NCBI GenBank assembly: GCA_016188065.1
Contig: JACPIN010000020.1
Location: 764 to 64,763, forward strand
Direction of reading: 5' to 3'
Origin: Candidatus Woesearchaeota archaeon
GTDB lineage: Archaea; Nanobdellota; Nanobdellia; SCGC-AAA011-G17; ARS1403
Length of the DNA: 64,000 nucleotides
Shown here: in pieces, positions 18,975 to 28,372 of the stretch
How the letters are laid out: every line of letters starts with the position of its first letter
Position numbering within the stretch: position 1 is the stretch's first letter
Made by a program: the position numbers and the translations under genes
Notes under the pieces: generated by a model
The model's input: only the letters and a program-made list of their open reading frames with translations
What the model was told of the DNA's origin: nothing
Databases searched by the model: none

Positions 18975-20090
18975 GACTCTAAATAATGAGGGTGTATGCA
19001 ACATAATATTTGAATATGATTGATTCGCAAGTGGACATGCACACTTTTTTTCGTGAACAAACTTCCTTACGTCTTTTGCTTGTTGAGAGTGCCATACTTT
19101 TTTGAAATCGAAATTGTAATCTCGTAGATTCCCCATTGGCTTACTATATCCGAGAACACAGCATGGCCATATCTCGCCCCTAGCATTTATATGCACATTT
19201 GTAATCCCTCCATAACATTGAATTACTTGTGTTTTTCTCTTCAAAATATCTACGACAAGATCATAATATACCAGCCTAAAAGCATACATTGCTCGAGAGA
19301 TACCTTTCTTTTTTTTCATATCATTTCTTGTTTTTTCAGCAAAGTATTCTATAGCCTGACGATATTTTTCTGCTGACGGAGTTATATTATCCTTTTCATT
19401 CCACATCTCTGTTCTATTTTCTGCAACCTCATTGATATAAGTATCCGGCTCCAAAGTGTAAGCAAAATCAACTATCTCTTTTACTTTATCAATGTTATAA
19501 TTTGAAATGACCGTGCCCAAACCCAACTTGAGGTTTGGATATGTCTTTTGTAAATTTTTGAGAAGATTGTAAGTTTCCATTAGTTTTTCAAAATTTCCTT
19601 TTACACCTCTAACTTCATCATGATCTTTTCCAACACCGTCATAAGAAGGCTTAATTGTAAAAGGAACGTTTTCAAATCCATTTTCTTTCATCCATCTCAA
19701 TATTTCTCCTGTTTTTTTTTCTATAAGTTTAGGCGTTAAAGCATTTGTAGGGGTATGAATAACTCTTGGATTCATATGTTTGCAAGCAAGTTGAACTATC
19801 TCTACAATCTCCTTTCGTAAAAACGGCTCACCTCCGCTGATGTTAAAGAAATAAACATGGCCTATATTTTTGAACATTTTTTCTATTTCTTCTAATGTTA
19901 GATCATCTTTTGCCATTGATGGATTCTTTTGATACACAAGTCCAATATTGCAAGTCTTACATAGTGATTGGCATGCACTTGTTATAGAAAATGTCAATGT
20001 TACTGGTTTTGGTGCCTGAATTAACCTTTTCTTAGCTAGCTTAAACGTTACTAATTTTGGAATAAGCTCTTTATCCTTTAGAATATTCAT
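18954..20090 (-). CDS. radical SAM / SPASM-domain protein
   Basis: CQSLCKTC = CxxxCxxC, plus C-terminal Cys-rich CCVLGY...CACPL auxiliary-cluster region. The ORF-track start at 20186 overlaps the upstream SDR gene. Internal Met at 20090 removes the overlap. Confidence 0.6.
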   Translation of the reverse strand: MNILKDKELIPKLVTFKLAKKRLIQAPKPVTLTFSITSACQSLCKTCNIGLVYQKNPSMAKDDLTLEEIEKMFKNIGHVYFFNISGGEPFLRKEIVEIVQLACKHMNPRVIHTPTNALTPKLIEKKTGEILRWMKENGFENVPFTIKPSYDGVGKDHDEVRGVKGNFEKLMETYNLLKNLQKTYPNLKLGLGTVISNYNIDKVKEIVDFAYTLEPDTYINEVAENRTEMWNEKDNITPSAEKYRQAIEYFAEKTRNDMKKKKGISRAMYAFRLVYYDLVVDILKRKTQVIQCYGGITNVHINARGEIWPCCVLGYSKPMGNLRDYNFDFKKVWHSQQAKDVRKFVHEKKCACPLANQSYSNIMLHTPSLFRVLRHTFF

Positions 20091-20106
20091 GCAAATATTT
20101 TGATTA

Positions 20107-21111
20107 TCAAGATTTATTAACCTTGTGTTGTTTCTCATTTTCCATAAAATAATTGACTGTCTCTTCAAGTCCTTGCTCAATACCAATTTTTGGCTCCCAT
20201 TTTAATTCTTTCTTAGCCTTTGAAATGTCAAATACCCTATTAAAAGTAAACGAGTTTAATCTTTGTAAAGTCATTGGTGGATTAATATTTATTATTAGAC
20301 TTAGATTTTGTAAAATAAAAACCGGTATCTTCAAAAACGACTTGGGCAGATTTATTTTGACAACTTTCAGATTTCCTTTTATTTGGATTATGCTAACTAT
20401 TTCTCTTAAATTTTTATTATCATCACCAGCAAGGATATATGTTTCACCAACTCTACCATTTTTAGCTGCAGCCACGATTGCATTTACTACATCTTTCACA
20501 TGTACTGCCGGGATAGTTGCATTGCCCCCATCTACGAAAGGGAAAAAACCTCTTTTCATTATTTTATAGATCTTTAGAATCTGACCGTGCTTCATTCTTG
20601 GACCATATATCATGGTTGGCCTAAGAATTATAACTGGAAGATTATACCTCTGAATATATTCTTTTATCAATTGTTCTGATTCATACTTGCTTTTTTGATA
20701 GGGTGTTTTTGGATTGCAAATATCATTTTCATTGATAATCGGCTTTTTGATTAGCCCCATTGCTGCTGTGCTACTCAAATAGACTATTTTCTTAACTTTA
20801 TATTTCTCACATGCATCCAGTACATTTCTTGTACCTTCTACGTTTATTTCTCTAAATTTCTCATAACTATTTCTTGATAATGCACTAATATTGCCTATGC
20901 CGACCAAATGGAAAACTATATCTTTTCCTTTCACAGCTTCATCAACACCCCTTTTATTTGTTATGTCGCTAATAACAAGATTTACCTTATCCTGATTATT
21001 GAGTTTAATTTCTTTTCTTACAAGACAAGTGACCTTATAATTATGTTTTAATAATTCTTCAATTAAATAATTTCCTACAAATCCTGTGGCTCCAGTAACT
21101 AAAGTTTTCAT
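20107..21111 (-). CDS. NAD-dependent epimerase/dehydratase (extended SDR)
   Basis: MKTLVTGATGFVGNYL Rossmann motif and YQKSKYESE (YxxxK). Confidence 0.75.
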   Translation of the reverse strand: MKTLVTGATGFVGNYLIEELLKHNYKVTCLVRKEIKLNNQDKVNLVISDITNKRGVDEAVKGKDIVFHLVGIGNISALSRNSYEKFREINVEGTRNVLDACEKYKVKKIVYLSSTAAMGLIKKPIINENDICNPKTPYQKSKYESEQLIKEYIQRYNLPVIILRPTMIYGPRMKHGQILKIYKIMKRGFFPFVDGGNATIPAVHVKDVVNAIVAAAKNGRVGETYILAGDDNKNLREIVSIIQIKGNLKVVKINLPKSFLKIPVFILQNLSLIININPPMTLQRLNSFTFNRVFDISKAKKELKWEPKIGIEQGLEETVNYFMENEKQHKVNKS

Positions 21112-21164
21112 GAATATTAGAGTTAACCCAAAGACTTATAAGATTAATTTTTGATTTTGAGTTT

Positions 21165-21851
21165 ATGGATATTACTACGATTATTCCTGCTTATAATGAA
21201 GAAAAAAACGTTGGTGAAATTGTTAATGGGGCGAAAAAACATAGTAATAAAGTCATTGTTATTGTTGCTAAAAAAAGCAGCGATAGAACTGCGGACATTG
21301 CAAGAGATTTTGGTGCTGAAGTCATCTATGACAATGGAAGAGGAATAGGTGATGCAATAAAATGCGGTATAAATCATACTTCTGATGATGACATTGTTGT
21401 AAAAATGGATTGTGATTGTTCTCATGATTTCAATGATATACCAAAACTTGTGAAACCAATTCTTGATGGAGAAGCAGATTTGGTTATTGGCTCTAGAAGA
21501 AAGGGCGGAAGTGATGAACTTTCAGGAAAAATCTCGCATGCATTCAGGGGAATTGCAACAGACCTAATCGTGCTGGCGGTTAACATTAGATGGAACCAGC
21601 AATTTACCGATATTGAAAACGGTTTTCGGGCTGCTCGAGCAAAAACATTAAAGGATATAAACCTAAAAACAAATGATTTTGATTTAGATCAAGAAACCGT
21701 GATGAAAATGCTTAAGAGGGGCTATAGAATTAAAGAAGTTGCTGCACATGAATATCCTAGAAAACATGGACAAAGCACAATGAATTTATTTAGAGTTGGT
21801 TGGAAATTTGTCTGGTCTTATATGAAATATGCATTTCTTGGGTTTAAGTGA
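21165..21851 (+). CDS. GT-A fold glycosyltransferase family 2 (dolichyl-phosphate hexose synthase-like)
   Basis: ITTIIPAYNEEKNVGEIV and DCDCSHD (DxD region). Confidence 0.7.
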   Translation: MDITTIIPAYNEEKNVGEIVNGAKKHSNKVIVIVAKKSSDRTADIARDFGAEVIYDNGRGIGDAIKCGINHTSDDDIVVKMDCDCSHDFNDIPKLVKPILDGEADLVIGSRRKGGSDELSGKISHAFRGIATDLIVLAVNIRWNQQFTDIENGFRAARAKTLKDINLKTNDFDLDQETVMKMLKRGYRIKEVAAHEYPRKHGQSTMNLFRVGWKFVWSYMKYAFLGFK

Positions 21852-21893
21852 AACGATAATTATTTAAGAGTTTACCCTCCTTTTTTTAAAAGT

Positions 21894-23180
21894 ATGGGAA
21901 GTGATTGGATTCAAAAAGAGATTGATTCCTGCAGGGTTTGCGGATCAAAGTTATTAATTCCAATCTTGTCTCTGGGAAAGCAGTATGTTTCTAATTTTGT
22001 CGAAAAGATTGACAAATCTAACGTAAAGATTCCACTTGAGTTAGTTCTTTGTGATAATAACTTTGGAGGATGTGGATTATTACAACTAAAACACACAACA
22101 AATCCGGATATTATGTATAAACAGTATTGGTATATGTCTGGTATAAATAAAACTATGACTGATGCGTTAAAAGACATTGTTGAAAAAATTGAAAAAATTG
22201 TTGAATTTAATAAAAATGATATTGTTCTAGACATTGGATGCAATGATGGAACACTTTTGAGAAGCTATTCTAAAAAATTGATAAGGCTTGTTGGAATCGA
22301 TCCTGCAAAAAATATGGAAAAGTTCTCAAAAATTGGAACAACAAAAATAATTGTTGATTATTTTAGTTCAGAAACATTTCATAAGGAATTCCCTGAAGAT
22401 AAAGCGAAGATTATCACAAGCATTGCCATGTTTTATGATTTAGATAACCCCAATAAATTTGTTAGTGATATCAAGCAATGCTTGCATGATGATGGGATGT
22501 GGATAATCCAGATGAGTTATTTGCCTTCTATGTTAGAGCAGAATGCATTTGATAATATATGCCATGAACATGTCTGCTATTACTCTCTCCTTTCTCTGGA
22601 AAATTTGCTCTGCAGGCATGACTTTGTTATCTTTGATGTTGATCTAAATGATATTAACGGCGGTAGTTTTAGGGCTTATATCAAACACAAGAATGGAGAT
22701 GTTAAAAATTTTGAAAATGAAAATAATAGAATGAAAGAGTTAAGAGAATATGAAAAATCATTTGGACTTGCCTCTAAAAAAGTCTATGAAGAGTTTGCTA
22801 AACGAGTGGAAGGATTTAAGAAAAGAACATTGAGACTTATTAGAGATGTGAACAAAAACGGAGGGAAATTGTATGCCTATGGCGCATCTACAAAAGGTAA
22901 TACCCTGCTTCAATATTATGACCTTAATAACTCACATATTATCGCAGTTGCTGAAAGAAATCCAATGAAATATGGTAAAAAAACAATTGGAAGCTGGATA
23001 CCAATTATTTCTGAGCAGGAAGTTAGGAAGGCCAAACCAGAATACCTCTTAGTTTTACCTTGGCATTTTTTTAAGGAATTTGGAGAAAGGGAAAGAGAGT
23101 TTTTGCAGAATGGAGGAAAGTTTATATTGCCCTTACCTGTACCAAAGATTGTAACTAAAGATTATGAGAAGGAATTTTGA
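21894..23180 (+). CDS. NDP-hexose C-methyltransferase family protein (zinc-ribbon + class I MTase + C-methyltransferase C-domain)
   Basis: N-terminal CRVCGSKL...LGKQYVSNF zinc-binding region, LDIGCNDGTLL SAM motif, and C-terminal YGASTKGNTLLQYY typical of TylC3/TcaB9-like C-methyltransferases. Confidence 0.65.
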   Translation: MGSDWIQKEIDSCRVCGSKLLIPILSLGKQYVSNFVEKIDKSNVKIPLELVLCDNNFGGCGLLQLKHTTNPDIMYKQYWYMSGINKTMTDALKDIVEKIEKIVEFNKNDIVLDIGCNDGTLLRSYSKKLIRLVGIDPAKNMEKFSKIGTTKIIVDYFSSETFHKEFPEDKAKIITSIAMFYDLDNPNKFVSDIKQCLHDDGMWIIQMSYLPSMLEQNAFDNICHEHVCYYSLLSLENLLCRHDFVIFDVDLNDINGGSFRAYIKHKNGDVKNFENENNRMKELREYEKSFGLASKKVYEEFAKRVEGFKKRTLRLIRDVNKNGGKLYAYGASTKGNTLLQYYDLNNSHIIAVAERNPMKYGKKTIGSWIPIISEQEVRKAKPEYLLVLPWHFFKEFGEREREFLQNGGKFILPLPVPKIVTKDYEKEF

Positions 23181-23181
23181 G

Positions 23182-24228
23182 ATGAAAAAGGCACTAATTA
23201 CGGGAATAACAGGCCAAGATGGGAGCTATCTTGCTGAATTCTTATTAAAAAAAGAATATGAAGTTCACGGAATAGTTAGAAGAACAGCATTAGAAGATCC
23301 TGAGCAGAGATTGAGGAGGATCAACCACATAAATGACAGGATAATCTTGCATTCCGGCTCTATTGAGAACTATGCAAGCATTCTTGATATTTTTGATAAG
23401 GTTAAACCAGATGAATGCTATCACTTAGCTGCACAAAGCTTTGTAAAAGAATCATTTGAAGATGCCCATTCAACTTTTAATATTAATATAAATGGGGTTC
23501 TGCATATCTTATCTGCAATAAAACAAAAACATCCGAACTGCAAGCTTTATTTTGCTGGAAGCTCTGAGATGTTTGGAAAAGTTCAGGAAGTCCCACAAAT
23601 AGAGAATACAAAATTTTATCCTAGAAGTCCATATGGTGTAAGCAAAGTTACTGGTTTTGACTTGACAAGAAACTATCGTGAGAGCTATAACCTATTTGCC
23701 TGTTCTGGAATTGCCTTTAATCATGAGTCTCCAAGAAGGGGGTTTGAATTTGTAACAAGAAAAATCTCGTCTACAATAGCGAAAATAAAACAAGGTAAAA
23801 CGAATATTTTAGTACTTGGAAATTTAGATGCAAAAAGGGATTGGGGATTTGCTGGAGACTATGTTGAGGCTATGTGGCTGATGTTGCAACAAGAAAAACC
23901 AGATGACTTTGTTATATCTACTGGCGAAAACCATTCTGTAAAAGAATTCATTGATTTGGCATTTAAACATGCAGGAATAAAATATGAGCTGATTGATTTA
24001 CACAACCTTTCTGAAAAAGTAGCAGATAAAAAAATTGAATGGTTTAAAAAACAGAAGAATAAAGCCTTTGTAGTTCAGCACCCTAAATTCTATAGACCTG
24101 CAGAAGTTCATGAATTATTGGGAGACTCATCAAAAGCAAGAAAAATCCTTAAATGGAAGCCAAAGGTATCATTTAATGAACTTGTAAAGATGATGGTTGA
24201 CAATGATATAAAATTGGTTAACACCTAA
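23182..24228 (+). CDS. gmd: GDP-mannose 4,6-dehydratase
   Basis: MKKALITGITGQDGSYLAEFLLKKEYEVHGIVRR is a near-canonical Gmd N-terminus. The ORF-track start at 23164 overlaps the upstream gene, so Met 23182 is preferred. Confidence 0.85.
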   Translation: MKKALITGITGQDGSYLAEFLLKKEYEVHGIVRRTALEDPEQRLRRINHINDRIILHSGSIENYASILDIFDKVKPDECYHLAAQSFVKESFEDAHSTFNININGVLHILSAIKQKHPNCKLYFAGSSEMFGKVQEVPQIENTKFYPRSPYGVSKVTGFDLTRNYRESYNLFACSGIAFNHESPRRGFEFVTRKISSTIAKIKQGKTNILVLGNLDAKRDWGFAGDYVEAMWLMLQQEKPDDFVISTGENHSVKEFIDLAFKHAGIKYELIDLHNLSEKVADKKIEWFKKQKNKAFVVQHPKFYRPAEVHELLGDSSKARKILKWKPKVSFNELVKMMVDNDIKLVNT

Positions 24229-24231
24229 TTC

Positions 24232-25653
24232 TCAAAGTTTTTTTCTTAGTCCTAAAGCTAGAATTAAACTGTGCCTTATGTCTGCTCCGAAAAGATTAAA
24301 CTTAACCCATCCAGAAGAAAATTTTTCTACATAATTGAAAAGTTTATTTGGTTTCATCCCAATCAATGGTTGAATAAGATATTTAGATTTCGGAAATCTT
24401 ACTAAAACCCAAAAGAAGTTTTGTAGATTTATTATTTCATTTTTATTTTTTAATTTTATAGGATTATAACTACCATCATGCATCATTCCTATGTTATTTA
24501 CATCAAAACTTTCGTCTAAAACGCCTGTTTTTTGAGCATATTCCTTTAGTTCTGTTGCTGGATATGGCTGAAACACAGTACTAAATGGATAATCTGGTTT
24601 TATCTGTGCATTGATTTTAATAGTGTTCCAGGCCTGCTCTAAAGTTTCACCAGGCATGCCAAACATATTATATGTTGAAAATTTGATTTTATATTTTTTT
24701 AACAATTTTCCGGCCTCCCTTATCTGATCATCATTTAAGAATTTATGTAAAACCTTTTTTCTATATTCTTCATCTCCGGACTCTATGCCCCACGCAATGT
24801 TATCACACCCTCCTTCTTTTAGAGCTTTTAAAACATCTTCGGATAACAGCTCATTTCCTCTTGCTAAGATACTGAATGGAAGATTAATTTCTCTTTTGTA
24901 CATTTCCATAAATTCAAGAACCCATTCTGAATGAGTCGCAAAAGTATCATCTGAGAATCGAACATTTTTTAATGGATACTTTTCTTTGACCATTTTTATT
25001 TCATCTATCATGCTCTGAGGGCTTCTTTTTCTTACAAATTGCCCTTTACCTTTATACATTTTCTTTATTGTCGGATTATAACAAAATGTACAATTAGCAA
25101 CACAACCACGTCCAGTCATAAATCTTTTTGTAGGTATGTCTCTTAGAAATTTATACCTCTTATAGTAAATTTCCCTATCCATAAAAGGTAAAGAATCTAA
25201 ATCTTCGACTAAATCTCTTAATTCATTTTTATATATCTTCCCATCTTTTTTAACCCACAAATCTTTGATTTTAGTTATATCTTTTCCTTTCTCTAAATTA
25301 TTAATTAACTCAACTATGGATATATCCCCTTCTCCTCTGCAGATTACATCTACTGGTTCCTCATTCAAAACTTCTGGAAAATAAGTTGGATGTGTTCCGC
25401 CAAATACAATTACTACTTCTGGATATCTTTCTTTAATTTCTTTTGCTTTTTGCAAAGATGTTTTATGCCAACCACTTATTACTGAAAAACATACCACTTC
25501 AGGATTAATTTCTTTAAACTCTGTCCAGAAGTCTTTTTCTTTTTCCCAGATTAGAGCATCGCATTCATGACCTGCCTTCTTCAAATTAGCAGACATCTGC
25601 ATTACCCCGATATAATCATAGGGAACATCCTGCAAAAATAATATCCTTGTCAT
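24232..25653 (-). CDS. B12-binding (class B) radical SAM protein
   Basis: N-terminal cobalamin-binding domain, then GRGCVANCTFC (CxxxCxxC). Confidence 0.75.
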   Translation of the reverse strand: MTRILFLQDVPYDYIGVMQMSANLKKAGHECDALIWEKEKDFWTEFKEINPEVVCFSVISGWHKTSLQKAKEIKERYPEVVIVFGGTHPTYFPEVLNEEPVDVICRGEGDISIVELINNLEKGKDITKIKDLWVKKDGKIYKNELRDLVEDLDSLPFMDREIYYKRYKFLRDIPTKRFMTGRGCVANCTFCYNPTIKKMYKGKGQFVRKRSPQSMIDEIKMVKEKYPLKNVRFSDDTFATHSEWVLEFMEMYKREINLPFSILARGNELLSEDVLKALKEGGCDNIAWGIESGDEEYRKKVLHKFLNDDQIREAGKLLKKYKIKFSTYNMFGMPGETLEQAWNTIKINAQIKPDYPFSTVFQPYPATELKEYAQKTGVLDESFDVNNIGMMHDGSYNPIKLKNKNEIINLQNFFWVLVRFPKSKYLIQPLIGMKPNKLFNYVEKFSSGWVKFNLFGADIRHSLILALGLRKKL

Positions 25654-26534
25654 TTTACGATTTGCCTCATTAAATTTTTAATGCCAAATTTTGGTATATA
25701 TAAATCACTGCACCCAGTGCATATGTCTGGCTCATTCCCATTAAAAAAGGTTTTCCTTAAGCTTTGAATTCTTTTACCATTCCATATTGCGTCTAATGTT
25801 TCAGTAACAGCATTGCCAATTGTCAACCTAAAATTATAATCTTTACAACAAACAGTAACTTTCCCCTGCCAGTCAACTACAAGCATATAAAACGGAAAAT
25901 AGCAACCTCTTTTTTTTAATCCTGAATTGCGTAAATCTGGCATTGTATCCAAATTAATCCCACCTGCAAAATTGTGCTTTGGCGACCAATAAATTTTATC
26001 TGCATTGGAATAAGGTTTAATGTCCTCTTTAGTATCTTCCAAGACACCTGCAATCGCTTGAGGAGTTTCTCTGTCCCCTCTAACTCTCATAAAAGTTTCA
26101 TAGGATTGCTGAGTTTTATCTGTTTCATCATCAATGCTAAAATATAATTTATCCAAACCAGATTCTATCAATATCTTGCTTCTTTCTTCATTCAATATGG
26201 TAGCATTAGTATTGAGCTGGACTACTAACCCATATTCCTTCAGATGCCTAATCATTTCCCCTATTTTTGGATGCAAAGTTGACTCTCCAAATACATAAAG
26301 ATGAATTTCGCTTTCTTTCAGGAATCTATGATTTGTATCTATAATTTTTTTGAAGATCTCAATATCCATGTATCCTTTCGGCCTTTGAAGATCATCTCTT
26401 GGACAGAATGAGCAATGAAGATTACAAATGTTTGTAGGCTCTATATTAACTTGAATCGGTTTATAATTACAAAACGTTTTTTCAGCCTTAATAGTATAAA
26501 ACATCTTCAGATTACTTATAAGTGCCCCTTTCAT
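25650..26534 (-). CDS. radical SAM protein with C-terminal auxiliary Cys cluster (SPASM/twitch-like)
   Basis: CNLHCSFC = CxxxCxxC. Additional C-terminal CCKDY...CTGCSD. ATGA-coupled to the upstream B12-rSAM gene. Confidence 0.65.
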   Translation of the reverse strand: MKGALISNLKMFYTIKAEKTFCNYKPIQVNIEPTNICNLHCSFCPRDDLQRPKGYMDIEIFKKIIDTNHRFLKESEIHLYVFGESTLHPKIGEMIRHLKEYGLVVQLNTNATILNEERSKILIESGLDKLYFSIDDETDKTQQSYETFMRVRGDRETPQAIAGVLEDTKEDIKPYSNADKIYWSPKHNFAGGINLDTMPDLRNSGLKKRGCYFPFYMLVVDWQGKVTVCCKDYNFRLTIGNAVTETLDAIWNGKRIQSLRKTFFNGNEPDICTGCSDLYIPKFGIKNLMRQIVK

Positions 26535-26594
26535 CTTATCACCTAATTAACTATCGTTAACAATACTTTATAAAGTTTATTTATTATTCCCCCT

Positions 26595-27503
26595 TTAAAT
26601 TCTAACCCTTAATGCTAAAAATGTAAAAAAAACTATAAGGTTTACTACAATAGTTCCTAAGATATACGCGCTTGCTGTTATTACTGGGTCTAACCCAATA
26701 AATGTATAAAATAATGCTGCAGAAGATTCTTTTATTCCGAGCCCATTTGGTGTTATCGGTATGAATGTCAAAATTGTTATCATTGAATCAATCACGAGTA
26801 TATGAAGAAAATTAACTTGCTGCCCGAAAGATAAAAATAAAAATGAGACTGCCACTGATGAGATCATTGCTTTCAATATTGTTATAGTAAGATTAAATAG
26901 GATCGCTGATTTTTTGTGCTTGATAAGTTTCAAAAGGTTTGATGAAAATCCGCTGAACATTGTTGAATATTTTCTTAAAATATATTTTTTTATTATCGCT
27001 TTCACTTTTTCACTGATCATTGCAACTATAAATATAAATAGAAGAAAAGAGAGGACCATTAGCGGGAGAGTTAAATAATCTGTGTCAAACAAGAATATTG
27101 CTCCAATTGTTGAAGCTACTATAAGAAAGATCAAAGTGATTGCTTTATCAATAAGGTAGAGAACAGAGCTCAGTCCATATTCAACATTGTCTTTTTTAAG
27201 AAATTTTATCAAAATGAATTCTCCAATTTTTCCCGGTAAAATTAATCCTGATGCCCAACTCATCAAGTTGTACCTAAATAATTTGAGCAGTGGCATTTTT
27301 ACGCCCAGTGCATTTAATAATATCTTCAAGTTATACGCTCCTAATAGAAATAGTAAAATCCACAACAAAATCGTAGGGACTACCCATAACAGATTTGCGG
27401 ATAATAAGGTTTCAAACAGTTTCCTTATACCTAAAGTGTATGTTAGTATTGTTAATATCGCTGCTGCCAAAATAATTCTTTGAATAAAATTTTTAGAGAT
27501 CAT
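26595..27503 (-). CDS. polytopic membrane protein, flippase-like (lysyl-PG synthase TM-region / UPF0104-like)
   Basis: 302 aa with about 8 TM helices. Directly coupled to a downstream membrane-anchored GT2, a common archaeal pairing. Confidence 0.45.
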   Translation of the reverse strand: MISKNFIQRIILAAAILTILTYTLGIRKLFETLLSANLLWVVPTILLWILLFLLGAYNLKILLNALGVKMPLLKLFRYNLMSWASGLILPGKIGEFILIKFLKKDNVEYGLSSVLYLIDKAITLIFLIVASTIGAIFLFDTDYLTLPLMVLSFLLFIFIVAMISEKVKAIIKKYILRKYSTMFSGFSSNLLKLIKHKKSAILFNLTITILKAMISSVAVSFLFLSFGQQVNFLHILVIDSMITILTFIPITPNGLGIKESSAALFYTFIGLDPVITASAYILGTIVVNLIVFFTFLALRVRI

Positions 27504-28372
27504 TTTTTCATGTCTGCCAGAAATCCAAAGAGGATAATCTGAACTCCGACTATGTATAATAACGCAGTTACTATCGTCAAGGGAATATGTCCAACTCTTC
27601 CAGTTGCTATAAATGTATAAGCTAGAAAGAGGCTGTTTAACATGCCAACAAAGATAAATATGCTACCGAAGACTCCAAAGAACCTAAGAGGTTCAAAGTC
27701 TCTGTAAATCCTGAAGATATTTATCCATGCTTTTATCGCATAATCGAATGAATTTTTGAACAATCTGCTCTCCCTTGTTTTTCTTGTGCTTATCGGAATT
27801 TCTGCTACCTTCATCTTTGCCTTGCCTGCTCTTATCAACTGTTCTTGAGTATATGTAAAAGTGTTTATCAACGGAAGCTTTGCAACTTCTGATGTGAAAG
27901 CTCTGAACCCCGTGGTGGTATCTGTTATTTTTGTTTTTAATAATCCTGAGAAAACTTTTGCAAATGCTATGTTACCAACTCTTTTCATTAATGATCCTTG
28001 ATAATTGCCTCTTCCGAATCTCGCTCCAAGAACAAGATTATACCCCTCCTCAACTTTTTTAATCATTTCTGGGATATAATGCGCAGGATATTGCCCATCT
28101 GCATCTGTATGGATTATGATATCTGCCTTAAACTTCGTGCATTCTTCCATTTCTCTCTTAAATGTTTCAGCCAAGCCTAGATTTCTTGAGTTTGAAACAA
28201 CAATAGAACCATTTTCTCTTGCTATCTTGGCTGTATTATCTTTACTCCCATCATTGACTACAAGAATTTTATATTTATATCTTGTCGAGTCCATGACTTC
28301 TTTTATCTCTTTCAAGACATTCCCAATGTCCTTCTCTTCGTTGTAAGCTGGCAGTGTAATTACAATGTTCAT
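27500..28372 (-). CDS. GT2 dolichyl-phosphate hexose synthase-like glycosyltransferase with C-terminal TM helices
   Basis: MNIVITLPAYNEEKDIGNVL, HTDADGQYPA (DxD), and a hydrophobic C-terminus. Confidence 0.7.
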   Translation of the reverse strand: MNIVITLPAYNEEKDIGNVLKEIKEVMDSTRYKYKILVVNDGSKDNTAKIARENGSIVVSNSRNLGLAETFKREMEECTKFKADIIIHTDADGQYPAHYIPEMIKKVEEGYNLVLGARFGRGNYQGSLMKRVGNIAFAKVFSGLLKTKITDTTTGFRAFTSEVAKLPLINTFTYTQEQLIRAGKAKMKVAEIPISTRKTRESRLFKNSFDYAIKAWINIFRIYRDFEPLRFFGVFGSIFIFVGMLNSLFLAYTFIATGRVGHIPLTIVTALLYIVGVQIILFGFLADMKK

